Assembly (NCBI GenBank): GCA_049889715.1 | Contig: JBMHCW010000062.1 | Span: forward strand, 6,858-70,857 | DNA length: 64,000 nucleotides | Source of the DNA: Akkermansiaceae bacterium | Lineage (GTDB): Bacteria; Verrucomicrobiota; Verrucomicrobiia; Verrucomicrobiales; Akkermansiaceae | Direction of reading: 5' to 3' | Program-made: the position numbers and the translations under genes | The notes under the pieces: generated by a model | Told to the model about the DNA's origin: nothing | Seen by the model: only the letters and a program-made list of their open reading frames with translations | Databases searched by the model: none | Part shown: one piece after another, positions 35,138-44,554 of the stretch | Numbering within the stretch: the first letter of the stretch is position 1 | Layout of the letters: every line of letters begins with the position of its first letter

Positions 35138-37174
35138 TCAGGCGAGGCCGGATCGTTCGAGGAGGGCTTCTTGGCCGGGATCGCGTCCCATGAAGGCGCG
35201 ATAGGACTCATCGACCGGGCGCGAGTTTCCGCGCGCGAGAATTTCGGAGCGGAAGCTCATCCCGGTTTCGGCGTTGAGGACCCCTTCCTTGCGGAAGCGG
35301 GTGAAGGCGTCGGCATCGAGAACCTCGGCCCACTTGTAGGAATAGTAACCGGCGGCGTATCCCACGGGCGAAGAAAAGAGGTGGTTGAAGCGACGGGCCA
35401 TGGAAGGGGAATCGGTGGCCAGTTTCGCTTTGTAGTCGGCCAGGATTTCCCGGTCCACTTCATCCATGTCCCGGTCGAGGTATCGTGCGGAGTTGATGTG
35501 AAGTTCGAGGTCCAGCTTGCCGAGAGCGAGTTGTCTCATGAAGGCGGTGGCCGACATGTAGTTGCGCGCGGCCACCATCTTTTCGAAGAGTTCGTCGGGG
35601 ATGGTTTCGCCGGTCTCGTAGTGCTTCGCGAAGAAGTCGAGGGACCCGCGATCCCAGCAGAAGTTCTCCATGATCTGCGAAGGGAGTTCGACGAAATCCC
35701 AAGGGACATTCACTCCGGCAAGTGACTTGATGGCGACATCCGAGAGAAGGTGGTGGAGCAGGTGTCCGAATTCATGGAAGACGGTTTCCACTTCCCGGTG
35801 GGTGAGGAGGGCCGGTTTGTCGGAGGTGGGCTTGCTCATGTTCCCGCAGATCAATCCGAGATGTGGGGAACGAGGTGAGGGAAGTCCGGTTTCGAGATAG
35901 TTCATCCAGGCTCCGCCGCGTTTCGATTCACGGGGGTGCCAATCGGCGTAGAAGGAGCCGAGGTGTTCACCGGAAGAGGTGTCGTGAATCTCGTAGTAGG
36001 TGACTTCGGGATGCCAGGTTTCGGATTCGGCCGGGCTGATGGTGATTCCGAAAAGACGAGAAGTCAGCTGGAAGAGACCGTCCATCACTTGGCCGACGGG
36101 GAAGTAGGGGCGCAGGGCTTCGTCATCGAAGTCGTAGAGTTCCTTGCGGCGTTTTTCGGCCCAGTATGAGACATCCCAGGGTTCGAGCGGAGCAACTTCA
36201 CTGCCGGTCTTCTCCGCTTTGTAGGCCTCCAGTTCTTCCACTTCTTTCCGGAACTGTTCGGCAATCTTGTCGTGGAGGTCTTCGGTGAAACCGAGAGCAC
36301 CCTGGCCGTCTTTGGCCATGCGGCGATTCAGCACGTGATCGGCGAAGTTGTCATGTCCAAGCAAGGCGGCTTTTTCTTTTCGCAGCTTGAGGATGTCCCA
36401 GATTAGTGCGGTGTTGTCGTTGTCGCCCCCGTGCCCGATGGTGCAACCACCTTCCCAGAGCTCTTTGCGCAACGAACTGTCATCGGCATATTGCATGACG
36501 GGAAACATGGACGGGTATTGCTGGGTAAAACGCCACTGACCTTCCTTGTCTTTGCCCTTGGCGTCTTCGGCTGCGGAGGCTTTGGCTGAATCAGGGAGCC
36601 CGGCGAGGCGGGATTCGTCTTCGATGAAAAGTTCCCACGCGTTGGTTGAATCGAGAACGTTCTCGCCGAACTTCTGGGTGACCTTGGCAAGCTCGCTGTT
36701 GATTTCGAACATGCGTTTCTTGGACTCGGGGTCGAGGTCCGCTCCGGCGGATTTGAAGTCATCGCAGGTTTCCTCCACGAAGCGTTTTTGAATCTCAGTG
36801 AGAGTCGAGGTGGCTTCAGATTCAGCGAAGGATTTCAGCACGGCCCAGAGTTCGTCATCGAGTGAGATTGAAGAGGAAAATTCCGAAACGACGGGGAGCA
36901 TTTCATTGAGGGCTTCGCGGAGGTCATCGGAGTTGGCCACGGAATCGAGATGGTTGACCCGCCCCCATGATCGGTCGAGATCTTCGGTGGCGGTTTCGAG
37001 TGCGCCGAAGGTGTTTTCGAAAGTTGCTTCTTCGGGAGCCACGGACTTGATGGCGGCAATGTTGGCCTTGCCGTTTTCAATGGCTTGCGTGACGTCGGCG
37101 ACAATGTGGTCCGGGGTCAGTCCGGACCACTTGATCTGGAAGTCGTCGCAAAGGAAAGGGTGAGAATTACTCAT
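35138..37174 (-). CDS. M3 family zinc metallopeptidase (oligopeptidase A / Dcp-like)
   Basis: 678 aa from ATG 37174 (MSNSHPFLCDDFQIKWSGL...) with HEFGHLLHHLLS (HExxH). The extra 183 N-terminal residues of track ORF 35138..37723 are rejected. Confidence 0.9.
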   Translation of the reverse strand: MSNSHPFLCDDFQIKWSGLTPDHIVADVTQAIENGKANIAAIKSVAPEEATFENTFGALETATEDLDRSWGRVNHLDSVANSDDLREALNEMLPVVSEFSSSISLDDELWAVLKSFAESEATSTLTEIQKRFVEETCDDFKSAGADLDPESKKRMFEINSELAKVTQKFGENVLDSTNAWELFIEDESRLAGLPDSAKASAAEDAKGKDKEGQWRFTQQYPSMFPVMQYADDSSLRKELWEGGCTIGHGGDNDNTALIWDILKLRKEKAALLGHDNFADHVLNRRMAKDGQGALGFTEDLHDKIAEQFRKEVEELEAYKAEKTGSEVAPLEPWDVSYWAEKRRKELYDFDDEALRPYFPVGQVMDGLFQLTSRLFGITISPAESETWHPEVTYYEIHDTSSGEHLGSFYADWHPRESKRGGAWMNYLETGLPSPRSPHLGLICGNMSKPTSDKPALLTHREVETVFHEFGHLLHHLLSDVAIKSLAGVNVPWDFVELPSQIMENFCWDRGSLDFFAKHYETGETIPDELFEKMVAARNYMSATAFMRQLALGKLDLELHINSARYLDRDMDEVDREILADYKAKLATDSPSMARRFNHLFSSPVGYAAGYYSYKWAEVLDADAFTRFRKEGVLNAETGMSFRSEILARGNSRPVDESYRAFMGRDPGQEALLERSGLA

Positions 37175-37262
37175 GGGTGGAGACTTAGACGAAGAAAGCG
37201 GAAAAAGCAAAGGCCGTCGAAGACGATCTATTCGCAGATGGAAGCTGGACGAGGTGGCGTCG

Positions 37263-39686
37263 ATGACGCAGATAGGGAGGATGATCAACTTGTTGAGGAA
37301 CGTCGGGATCAGACGGATGGGAATACTGGTGGCGGGATTTGTCCTGACGAGTGGAGGGATGGGCCTCGGAGCTCCCCAGAAAAAGGTGTCCAATCCTGAC
37401 TTCACCAAGGGAGGGAAGATTCCGGACGGGGCTGCCCATGACTGGGCTCTCGGGGCGACAGGAGCGCGAGGATGGATGTATTTCAACAAAATGGTCACAT
37501 CGGAAGCCCGCCAAATTGCGGTGACCGAGGTGGCCAAGGGTTCTCCGTCGGAAGGGGTGTTGAAGAAGGGCGATGTCATTCTGGGTGTGGCTGGACGGAC
37601 ATTTTCAAGGGATCCGAGAACAGAGTTCGGGCAGGCCTTGACGAGGGCTGAATCGGAGGCCGGAAAAGGGCGACTGGATCTCATCCGTTGGCGCGAAGGA
37701 AAGACCGAGGAGGTCTCGATCACCCTGCCGGTACTTGGTGATTACAGTGTCACCGCTCCCTACGATTGTGAGAAGTCAGCCCGGATTCTGGCGCGGGGAT
37801 GCGAGGCTCTTGCGAAGAGAATGGAGGACCCGAAGTATAAGCCGAATCCCATTCCCCGTTCCCTGAATGCCCTGGCTTTGTTGGCCAGTGGGGACGAGAA
37901 GTATCTTCCTTTGATCAAGCGGGAGGTCGAGTGGGGTCAGGAGTTCGAAGCCGATAGCTTCCAAACCTGGTACTATGGCTACGTCATGTTGCTTCTTTCG
38001 GAGTATGCCATTGCCACGGGTGATGGATCGGTCCTGCCGGGCTTGAGGCGCATTGCCCTCGAGTCGGCAAGGGGCCAGAGCATCGTGGGATCCTGGGGGC
38101 ACAAGTTTGCCGGGCCCGATGGACGGCTTCTTGGATATGGCATGATGAATTCACCGGGGGTGCCGCTCACTACTGCCCTGATCATGGCGAAGAAGGCCGG
38201 GGTGCAGGACAAGGAACTGGATGAGGCCATCGAGAAGAGTGCCAAGCTCATCCGTTTTTACATTGGCAAGGGAGCGATTCCCTATGGAGATCACCATCCT
38301 TGGATTCAGACCCATGAGGACAATGGGAAGTGCGGGATGGCCGCGGTGATGTTTCATAATCTTGGAGAGGACAATGGCACTGAATTCTTCTCTCGCATGA
38401 GTGTGGCCTCTCATGGGCCGGAGCGGGATCTGGGGCACACGGGGAACTACTTCAATATCATCTGGGCGGTCCCCGGTGTCTCCTTGAGCGGGCCTCAGGC
38501 GACGGGAGCGTGGATGAAGGAATTCGGGAGTTGGTATTTTGATCTGGCCCGTCAATGGGATGGCACCTTCAAGCATCTGGGACCTCCGCAAGCCAAAAAC
38601 GACAGCTATGTCCGATGGGATGCCACCGGAGCTTGTTTGTTGTCCTTTGCCATGCCGTTGAAGAAAATTCTTCTCACGGGGAAGGAAGCGAGTCGGATTC
38701 CCCAACTGGATGCCCGGGAGTCGAGGAGTCTCATCAACGACGGTCGCGGGTGGTCGAATCTGAATCGCAACAGCGGCTATGATCAGTTGAGTCACGAGGA
38801 GTTGATGATGCTGCTTGGCAGTTGGTCGCCGGTGGTCCGGGAACGGGCGGCGATGGCTTTGTCACGTCGCAAGCATGATTGTGTTCCCGACCTGATCGAG
38901 CTCCTCGAAGGAACTGATCTCGATGCCCGTATTGGAGCCTGTCAGGGTTTGGTCTTTCAAAAGGGAAAAGGCGCGGCGGCGGTGCCGGCCTTGCGGAAAG
39001 CCCTGGGCGCGAAGGATCTCTGGTTGCGGGTCAAGGCGGCGGAAGCCTTGTCGGGAATCGGCAAGGCCGCCATGCCGGCGATTCCCGAGCTGTTAGAACG
39101 TCTGGCCCAAGGGCCGACGGAGGAAGATCCGCGGGCGATGGAACAGCGTTATTTGAGCTTCGCGGTCTTCGGGCCAATGTTGAAGAATTCGCTCGAAGGC
39201 GTGGACAAAGACCTGTTGCGCAAAGCCATTGTTGCCGGCTTGCAGAATCAGGATGGTCGGGCTCGCTCCTCGGTGGGAGGGATCTATGGCAAGCTCACTT
39301 ACGATGAGATCAAGCCTTTGCTGCCGGCCATTCACGAGGCGATCGTCACGCCAGCTCCAAGTGGCATCATGTTTGCCAGTGGTGTCCGTCTGTCGGGAGT
39401 GGAAGTTTTGGCCAAGCATCGGGTCCGGGAAGGCATGACCCTTTGCCTGGAGATCATGGAGATTCACAAGTGGGGGAAGAAGGCCCGTATCGATCGTAGT
39501 TTGAAAATCCTCGGCCAGTATGGTGGGGCCGCGAAAGAGATCCTCCCGGAGATCCGGGAATTGCAGAGAGCCCTGCAGGCTCATCGCGAAGCCCGGATGC
39601 TGGCGAAGCAAATCGAGCAGATCGACAAGCTGATCGAGAAGATCGAATCGTCGACTGAAAAGATGGAGTTGCGTTCTCTCCGGTAA
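37263..39686 (+). CDS. DUF6288-like secreted protein (PDZ-like + alpha/alpha-barrel) with C-terminal HEAT repeats
   Basis: Signal peptide (MINLLRNVGIRRMGILVAGFVLTSGG), DFTKGGKIPDGAAHDWALGATGARGWMY, and the PDZ-like VLKKGDVILGVAG. The HEAT-like repeats are VVRERAAMALSRR, ARIGACQGL and LWLRVKAAEALSGIG. Start is ATG 37263 or 37281. Confidence 0.7.
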   Translation: MTQIGRMINLLRNVGIRRMGILVAGFVLTSGGMGLGAPQKKVSNPDFTKGGKIPDGAAHDWALGATGARGWMYFNKMVTSEARQIAVTEVAKGSPSEGVLKKGDVILGVAGRTFSRDPRTEFGQALTRAESEAGKGRLDLIRWREGKTEEVSITLPVLGDYSVTAPYDCEKSARILARGCEALAKRMEDPKYKPNPIPRSLNALALLASGDEKYLPLIKREVEWGQEFEADSFQTWYYGYVMLLLSEYAIATGDGSVLPGLRRIALESARGQSIVGSWGHKFAGPDGRLLGYGMMNSPGVPLTTALIMAKKAGVQDKELDEAIEKSAKLIRFYIGKGAIPYGDHHPWIQTHEDNGKCGMAAVMFHNLGEDNGTEFFSRMSVASHGPERDLGHTGNYFNIIWAVPGVSLSGPQATGAWMKEFGSWYFDLARQWDGTFKHLGPPQAKNDSYVRWDATGACLLSFAMPLKKILLTGKEASRIPQLDARESRSLINDGRGWSNLNRNSGYDQLSHEELMMLLGSWSPVVRERAAMALSRRKHDCVPDLIELLEGTDLDARIGACQGLVFQKGKGAAAVPALRKALGAKDLWLRVKAAEALSGIGKAAMPAIPELLERLAQGPTEEDPRAMEQRYLSFAVFGPMLKNSLEGVDKDLLRKAIVAGLQNQDGRARSSVGGIYGKLTYDEIKPLLPAIHEAIVTPAPSGIMFASGVRLSGVEVLAKHRVREGMTLCLEIMEIHKWGKKARIDRSLKILGQYGGAAKEILPEIRELQRALQAHREARMLAKQIEQIDKLIEKIESSTEKMELRSLR

Positions 39687-39707
39687 TCAACCCTTGCGAA
39701 GCTGCAG

Positions 39708-40232
39708 TTAGGCGAGGGCGGCAGCGCGGCCCGAAGGATCTCCGGGAAGTTCTTCGCGAAGAGCGTCGAGCTTTTCGAGAAGCTCGCTGCCGAGACGGTC
39801 GGTGATCATGTCTTGATAAGCGGCGGCGTGGTTGGCTTCTCGAATGTCCTTTTGCCAGGGCGCGGTGAAGACGAGATGGAGTTGGCGGTGGAGGTTTTCG
39901 CTCCGGAGGGTTTCCCACTCTCCGCCATCGATCCAGATCTCTCCGGTAACGGACCGTTCGATGTGGAAGTCGACTCCGTGTCCCACCTGATAGCGGATCA
40001 GGATCGTTCCTGATTCGGGGCAAAGCTTAACCGTGCCGTCGAGCTTCCCTGGCTGGTGTTCCGTCTATTCGGGATCAGGAAGATCCTCGGCATCCGGCAG
40101 TGAGTTCTGCCAGCGCCAATAGTTTTCGGCTGGAATCCAATGACCGCCCGAAGCGGGGCAAGCGTAGGCGACAAGTCCTCCTTCCAGAGTGGTTTGTTGA
40201 AGAGCGTACTGAGGATCGACGGGACTTTCCAT
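39708..40232 (-). pseudogene. Double zf-TFIIB-like (zinc-ribbon) gene, Cys-depleted and interrupted by an in-frame TAG (40065..40067)
   Basis: My minus-strand translation reads ATG(40232) MESPVDPQYALQQTTLEGGLVAYACPASGGHWIPAENYWRWQNSLPDAEDLPDPE-TAG-TEHQPGKLDGTVKLCPESGTILIRYQVGHGVDFHIERSVTGEIWIDGGEWETLRSENL... The track only lists the GTG-initiated tail 39708..39986. Confidence 0.45.
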
Positions 40233-40299
40233 AGCCGGATGTTTCCCGTCGGCCGGAGTTTCGTCAACGCAGGATCACAAAGAGTTCGGGGCAATAAGA

Positions 40300-41256
40300 T
40301 CAATCCGCCGGGAAGGGATTGGCGGTGAAGCGGAGTTCGGCTTCGGACATGCCGGGAACCGGGGTGGCAACGTCGGGCGACGACTCGCTGGTTGTGGGCA
40401 CGAATCGAATCAAGCTCATCGCGATGGCCGACGTGGCGGTGAGAAACACAATCCCCGGAAGGATGATGGATCCCCGGCGTTTGTTGGAGAGTCGCAGAAT
40501 GCGATCACGAAGAGGGGCATGTCCGGCCATGGCCAGCGAGAGGGCGGGCGTGGAGGCCATGCTGGCGACATCGCACAGGGCATTGGCATAAACCTTGGGG
40601 TCAGCCCCGCTTTTGAGCAGGTGGGCATCGCAGGCGTATTCGCATTGAGTCAAGAAGGTGCGGCGCATCCACCAGACGGCGGGATTGAACCAGTGGAGAA
40701 TGCAGGTGAGCTGAGCGATGAGAGCCATCCAAAGGTCGCGACGCTGTACGTGCCCGAGCTCGTGGAGCAGGGCCATGCGAAGGGTTTCGGGTGGCCACTT
40801 TTGCGAAGACATGGGAAGGTAAATGGTGGGGCGCAGCAGGCCGGCGACCACGGGGGATTGGAGATCAGGATGCAGGCGAAGCCGAACCTTCCGGGTGACC
40901 TTGAGTTGGGCGAGCGTTTCTTCGAATTCAGAGGACTGATCCAACGGGAGTGATTGCTGGCGCCATTGCTTCATGGCGCGGACATCGCGCAAGCTGCGAA
41001 AGGCAAAGAAGAGGCAACCCAGCAGCCAGAAAGCGGGGAGAATCCAGGAGCTGGTAGAAGTACCGGAGATCGGCGAGCCGTCGGTGGAATGAGCGACGGT
41101 GACCGCGATTTTGGGCGCGAAGCTCAGCAACGGAAGAACCAGCAACAGCAGGAGAGCTGCCACCGTGATGCGGGGATCACTGGCGGGATTCCGACGCGCA
41201 GTCACCCACAGCGCGGAGGCTGCGAGGAGGGAGAAGATGAGCGAAGGAACAAGCAT
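40300..41256 (-). CDS. M56 family (BlaR1/MecR1-like) membrane metallopeptidase without a recognisable extracellular sensor domain
   Basis: LHELGHVQRRD (HExxH) in a 4-TM N-terminal module. The protein is only 318 aa, and the short C-terminal tail has no penicillin-binding fold motifs. Confidence 0.85.
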   Translation of the reverse strand: MLVPSLIFSLLAASALWVTARRNPASDPRITVAALLLLLVLPLLSFAPKIAVTVAHSTDGSPISGTSTSSWILPAFWLLGCLFFAFRSLRDVRAMKQWRQQSLPLDQSSEFEETLAQLKVTRKVRLRLHPDLQSPVVAGLLRPTIYLPMSSQKWPPETLRMALLHELGHVQRRDLWMALIAQLTCILHWFNPAVWWMRRTFLTQCEYACDAHLLKSGADPKVYANALCDVASMASTPALSLAMAGHAPLRDRILRLSNKRRGSIILPGIVFLTATSAIAMSLIRFVPTTSESSPDVATPVPGMSEAELRFTANPFPAD

Positions 41257-41262
41257 GAGATC

Positions 41263-41631
41263 TTATTTGATGAGTTTGCGGATCTCCTCGATTTCGGCTT
41301 CGGTGAGCTGTTGGTCGTTGGGATCGAGAAGCGCGGCGACGAGATTTTCAGGTTTCCCTTTGAAGAAGGTGCCGAGGAGGTTTCTCAGCGCGGTGCGTTT
41401 GGCTTTCTTGGCGTTAATAAGAGGACTATAGAGATAGCGTCGCCCTTCCTTGGAATGTTTCACCATGTCCTTGTTTTCCAGGGTGGCAAGGAGGGCGCGG
41501 ACCGCCGAGTAGGAAGGTGGATCCGGGAGTTCGTTCTGGACATCCTGGGCGGTCGCTTCGCCCAGACGGTAAAGAATATCCAGGATCTGGCGTTCGCGAC
41601 GGGAAAGCTCTCCTTTTTCGAGACGGTTCAT
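41263..41631 (-). CDS. BlaI/MecI/CopY family winged-helix transcriptional repressor
   Basis: LSRRERQILDILYRLGEATAQDVQNEL...YSAVRALLATLENKDMVKH...GRRYLYSP. It lies 6 nt upstream of the M56 gene. Confidence 0.9.
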   Translation of the reverse strand: MNRLEKGELSRRERQILDILYRLGEATAQDVQNELPDPPSYSAVRALLATLENKDMVKHSKEGRRYLYSPLINAKKAKRTALRNLLGTFFKGKPENLVAALLDPNDQQLTEAEIEEIRKLIK

Positions 41632-41775
41632 GGCAGGGACGCTAGCATATGCTGGAAAAGCTGCAATGGAAATGTTGGAAAATCAGCACTGAATGATGGC
41701 GATTGAAATCGTGAGGGTGAAGGGGTAGGGATGGGAGTGATTTCGTTGGGAGGAGGCAATTCGTTTGGGGACGAA

Positions 41776-43719
41776 ATGAGGATGGTGTTTTCGGAGACGG
41801 GATTGTTGTCGAAGTCGCCGGACTTCGAGTATCGGGCCGAGCAGCAGGAGATGGCGGGAGAGGTTGCGCAGGCTTTGGAAGAGGAGCGTAGTCTGGTGGT
41901 GGAAGCGGGAACGGGTGTGGGCAAGTCGTTGGCATATCTGATCCCTGCGGTGGAGTTTGCCCTGCGCGAGGGGAAGAAGGCGGTGATCTCGACGCATACC
42001 ATCAACTTGCAGGAGCAATTGATGGGGAAGGATCTTCCCATCGTGCAGAAGTTGCTGCCGGAGCCCTTCGATGCAGCCCTGTTGAAGGGGCGGCAGAATT
42101 ATCTCTGTCCGCTGAGGTTGCGTCGGGCCATGGACAATGGAGGTGACTTGTTTACCTCGAGTGAACAGGAGGAGCTGATGGAGATCTGGAAATGGGCCGA
42201 GGCCACGAGGGACGGGACCCGTAGTGATCTGGATTTCGAACCCTCCGCCAAGGTATGGTTGCAGGTTTGCAGCGAGGCTCATTCCTGCACGCAGCGGACC
42301 TGTGGTCCGAGGGGCAATTGCTTTTTTCAGGAAGCCAGAAAGCGAGCTCAGAGTGCGCGGGTATTGGTGGTGAATCACAGCCTGTTTTTTTCGCTGCTCA
42401 ATCCGGAAGAGGAAATGCTCGAGAATGAATCGGGCTTCTTGGTGCCCAACGACTTCGTCATTTTCGACGAGGCTCACACCTTGGAAGCGGTGGCGGCGAA
42501 GTCGCTGGGATTGCGATTGAGCCAGGCCGGCCTGCGCTTCGACTTGCAGCGCCTCTATCATCCTCGGACCAAGAAGGGGCTCTTGAAGTATGCCAAAGCC
42601 GAGCGGGCGATGGAGTGGACGGAGAAGTTGCTCAACGAAGCCGATGACTTTTTTGAGAACGTCGGAGAGGCTGTCACGTTCGGGGATTGGGGAAAGGAAT
42701 GCCGTGTCCGTCAGCCCGAGTTGGTCGAGAACACGTTGGCTGGTCCCTTGCGTGAGTGCTGGGGAGCGATCGAAGAGGTGGCGGAAGAGACCGAGGATGA
42801 TTCCCGCAAGAACGAATTGATGGATGCGGCCCAACGTTTGCGCGAAATGCACGGGGGCTTGAAGATGTTTCTCGATCAGGAGGACGGCGGAAGCGTTTAC
42901 TGGGTCGAAAAGGCGGGGTTCGAAGGAACCGCCTATATTTTAAATGCCGCGCCCATCAACGTTGCCGACCGCTTGAGGTCTCTTTTGTTCGGTCCCGACA
43001 AATCATGCATTGCCACCAGCGCCACCTTGGGAACGGGAGACGAACAGCTGCGATATTTTCGGGAACGGGTGGGAGCCGGACATGTGCCGGCGGTCAAAAT
43101 CGGCAGTCCTTTCGATTACCAGAAGCAGATGGCGATCTACGTCATCAAGTCGATGCCTGATCCCCGCGATGACGATTACGAAAAGATGCTCATCCATTGG
43201 ATCGAGCGGGTGCTCATCAAGACCGAGGGAAAGGCATTTGTCTTGTTCACCAGTCATCGCCTTTTGCGTTCGGTGGCGGAGGAGATGGAGGAGTTCTTCG
43301 AGGACCGTGGATGGACCTTGCTGGCGCAGGGAATGGGAATGCAGCGCCAGAAGATGGTGGAGAAGTTTCGCGAGGATGTGCACAGCGTGCTCTTTGGCAC
43401 CGAGAGCTTCTGGGCCGGGGTCGACGTCCCGGGCGAGGCCTTGAGTAATGTCATCATCACCCGGCTCCCTTTCGGGGTGCCCGATCATCCGCTGACCGCG
43501 GCCCGACTGGAAGAGATCGAAGCGGAGGGAGGGAATCCTTTCATGGAATATTCCGTGCCCGAGGCTGTCATCAAATTGCGTCAAGGGGTGGGCCGGCTCA
43601 TTCGCACCAAAAAAGACGAAGGAATGGTGGTCATCCTGGATAACCGGGTGGTGACCAAGCGCTATGGCAAATCCTTTCTGGCCGCCCTTCCGCCGGCTCC
43701 CGTGAAAATCGTCTCCTAA
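41776..43719 (+). CDS. DinG/XPD-like ATP-dependent DNA helicase (superfamily 2, Fe-S type)
   Basis: Walker A EAGTGVGKSLAYL, a Cys cluster region (YLCP...VCSEAHSCTQRTCGPRGNCFF), DEAH box VIFDEAHTL, and the C-terminal helicase motifs FTSH...FWAGVDVPG...QGVGRLIR. Confidence 0.85.
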   Translation: MRMVFSETGLLSKSPDFEYRAEQQEMAGEVAQALEEERSLVVEAGTGVGKSLAYLIPAVEFALREGKKAVISTHTINLQEQLMGKDLPIVQKLLPEPFDAALLKGRQNYLCPLRLRRAMDNGGDLFTSSEQEELMEIWKWAEATRDGTRSDLDFEPSAKVWLQVCSEAHSCTQRTCGPRGNCFFQEARKRAQSARVLVVNHSLFFSLLNPEEEMLENESGFLVPNDFVIFDEAHTLEAVAAKSLGLRLSQAGLRFDLQRLYHPRTKKGLLKYAKAERAMEWTEKLLNEADDFFENVGEAVTFGDWGKECRVRQPELVENTLAGPLRECWGAIEEVAEETEDDSRKNELMDAAQRLREMHGGLKMFLDQEDGGSVYWVEKAGFEGTAYILNAAPINVADRLRSLLFGPDKSCIATSATLGTGDEQLRYFRERVGAGHVPAVKIGSPFDYQKQMAIYVIKSMPDPRDDDYEKMLIHWIERVLIKTEGKAFVLFTSHRLLRSVAEEMEEFFEDRGWTLLAQGMGMQRQKMVEKFREDVHSVLFGTESFWAGVDVPGEALSNVIITRLPFGVPDHPLTAARLEEIEAEGGNPFMEYSVPEAVIKLRQGVGRLIRTKKDEGMVVILDNRVVTKRYGKSFLAALPPAPVKIVS

Positions 43720-44387
43720 ACCGAGAGAGCCTGCTGCAGTAGTCCGGCGGGCCACTGGTTGGGGGCCGTCGGAGTCGCTCCCAGAAAACCGTAGTTCAAC
43801 AGGGAACCGGCCTTTGCCATCAGGGGGCGGGCAGCCGCTCCCAGGGGGCCCATCCCCATGAGCGATAGAGGAAGGTCGGGAATCGCGTCGAAAAGGTCGA
43901 GATGGCGGCGGATGCAATCCGCAGAGGTGGCCATCAGGGCGAATTTGTGGAGGTCGGCTTTTTCATTGAGCTTACCCCTCAAGTCGCCGGCGTTCGGAGT
44001 GGCCGAAAAATCGTGATAGGAGCCAACCAGAATGACCTCCTCGTCCCTGGCCGCCGAGACGATGTCATCGAGAGCATCGAAATCACGTAGTTCGATGTCG
44101 ATGGCGGAGGCCATCGGAAGAAATTCGCGATAGGCCCGGGCACGGTCGCCGAGGTCCCAGTCGGATTGTCCGCCTTCGGCCTTGCCTCTCGCCGTGATCA
44201 GCAGGGGGAGGGGACAGGTTCGGGCGAAGGAAAGGACGTCCTCTCCCGTTCCCAGCGAGTCGAGCCGGAGCTCCACCACGTCACATCCAGTCAGGTCCGA
44301 CTGGAAGGCTGAGGAATCAGCGATGGCTCCGACAGTCAATGGCTTGCGGGCCTCGAGAGTTTCCCTGAGGGTCTGGCGGGGAGTCAT
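43716..44387 (-). CDS. aroD: Type I 3-dehydroquinate dehydratase
   Basis: VVELRLDSL, ITARGKAEGG, IDIEL, GSYHDFSATP and LHKFALMA (Schiff-base Lys region), then SLMGMGPLG. ATG 44387 chosen. The stop overlaps the dinG-like stop. Confidence 0.8.
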   Translation of the reverse strand: MTPRQTLRETLEARKPLTVGAIADSSAFQSDLTGCDVVELRLDSLGTGEDVLSFARTCPLPLLITARGKAEGGQSDWDLGDRARAYREFLPMASAIDIELRDFDALDDIVSAARDEEVILVGSYHDFSATPNAGDLRGKLNEKADLHKFALMATSADCIRRHLDLFDAIPDLPLSLMGMGPLGAAARPLMAKAGSLLNYGFLGATPTAPNQWPAGLLQQALSV

Positions 44388-44554
44388 GGCGGGAGAATGT
44401 CGTGACCTCTCCCTGCTTGTCAAAAGCCTTCGCGGGGAAATCGCCAACGTTGTCAATGGCTAAAAAATATCAGCCAATTGTCACTTTTTTCCTAGCCGCC
44501 CCCCGCCTTGGTTTCCTAGCTTCGGTGAAGTTACGGTTTATCACACTTATAGCC

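Noticed and set aside
37175-37723. 183-residue N-terminal extension of the M3 peptidase ORF (35138..37723)
   Set aside because: The extension is Pro/Ser/Arg-rich with no homology and overlaps the divergent DUF6288-like gene. M3 homology begins at MSNSHPF (ATG 37174), giving the standard ~680-aa length.
39998-40303. 101-aa - strand ORF in the blaR1-downstream gap (and 39454..40023, 189 aa)
   Set aside because: Both are Arg/Pro/Ser-rich with no features. A different frame on the same strand yields the zinc-ribbon-like sequence with recognisable family spacing, which explains the region better.
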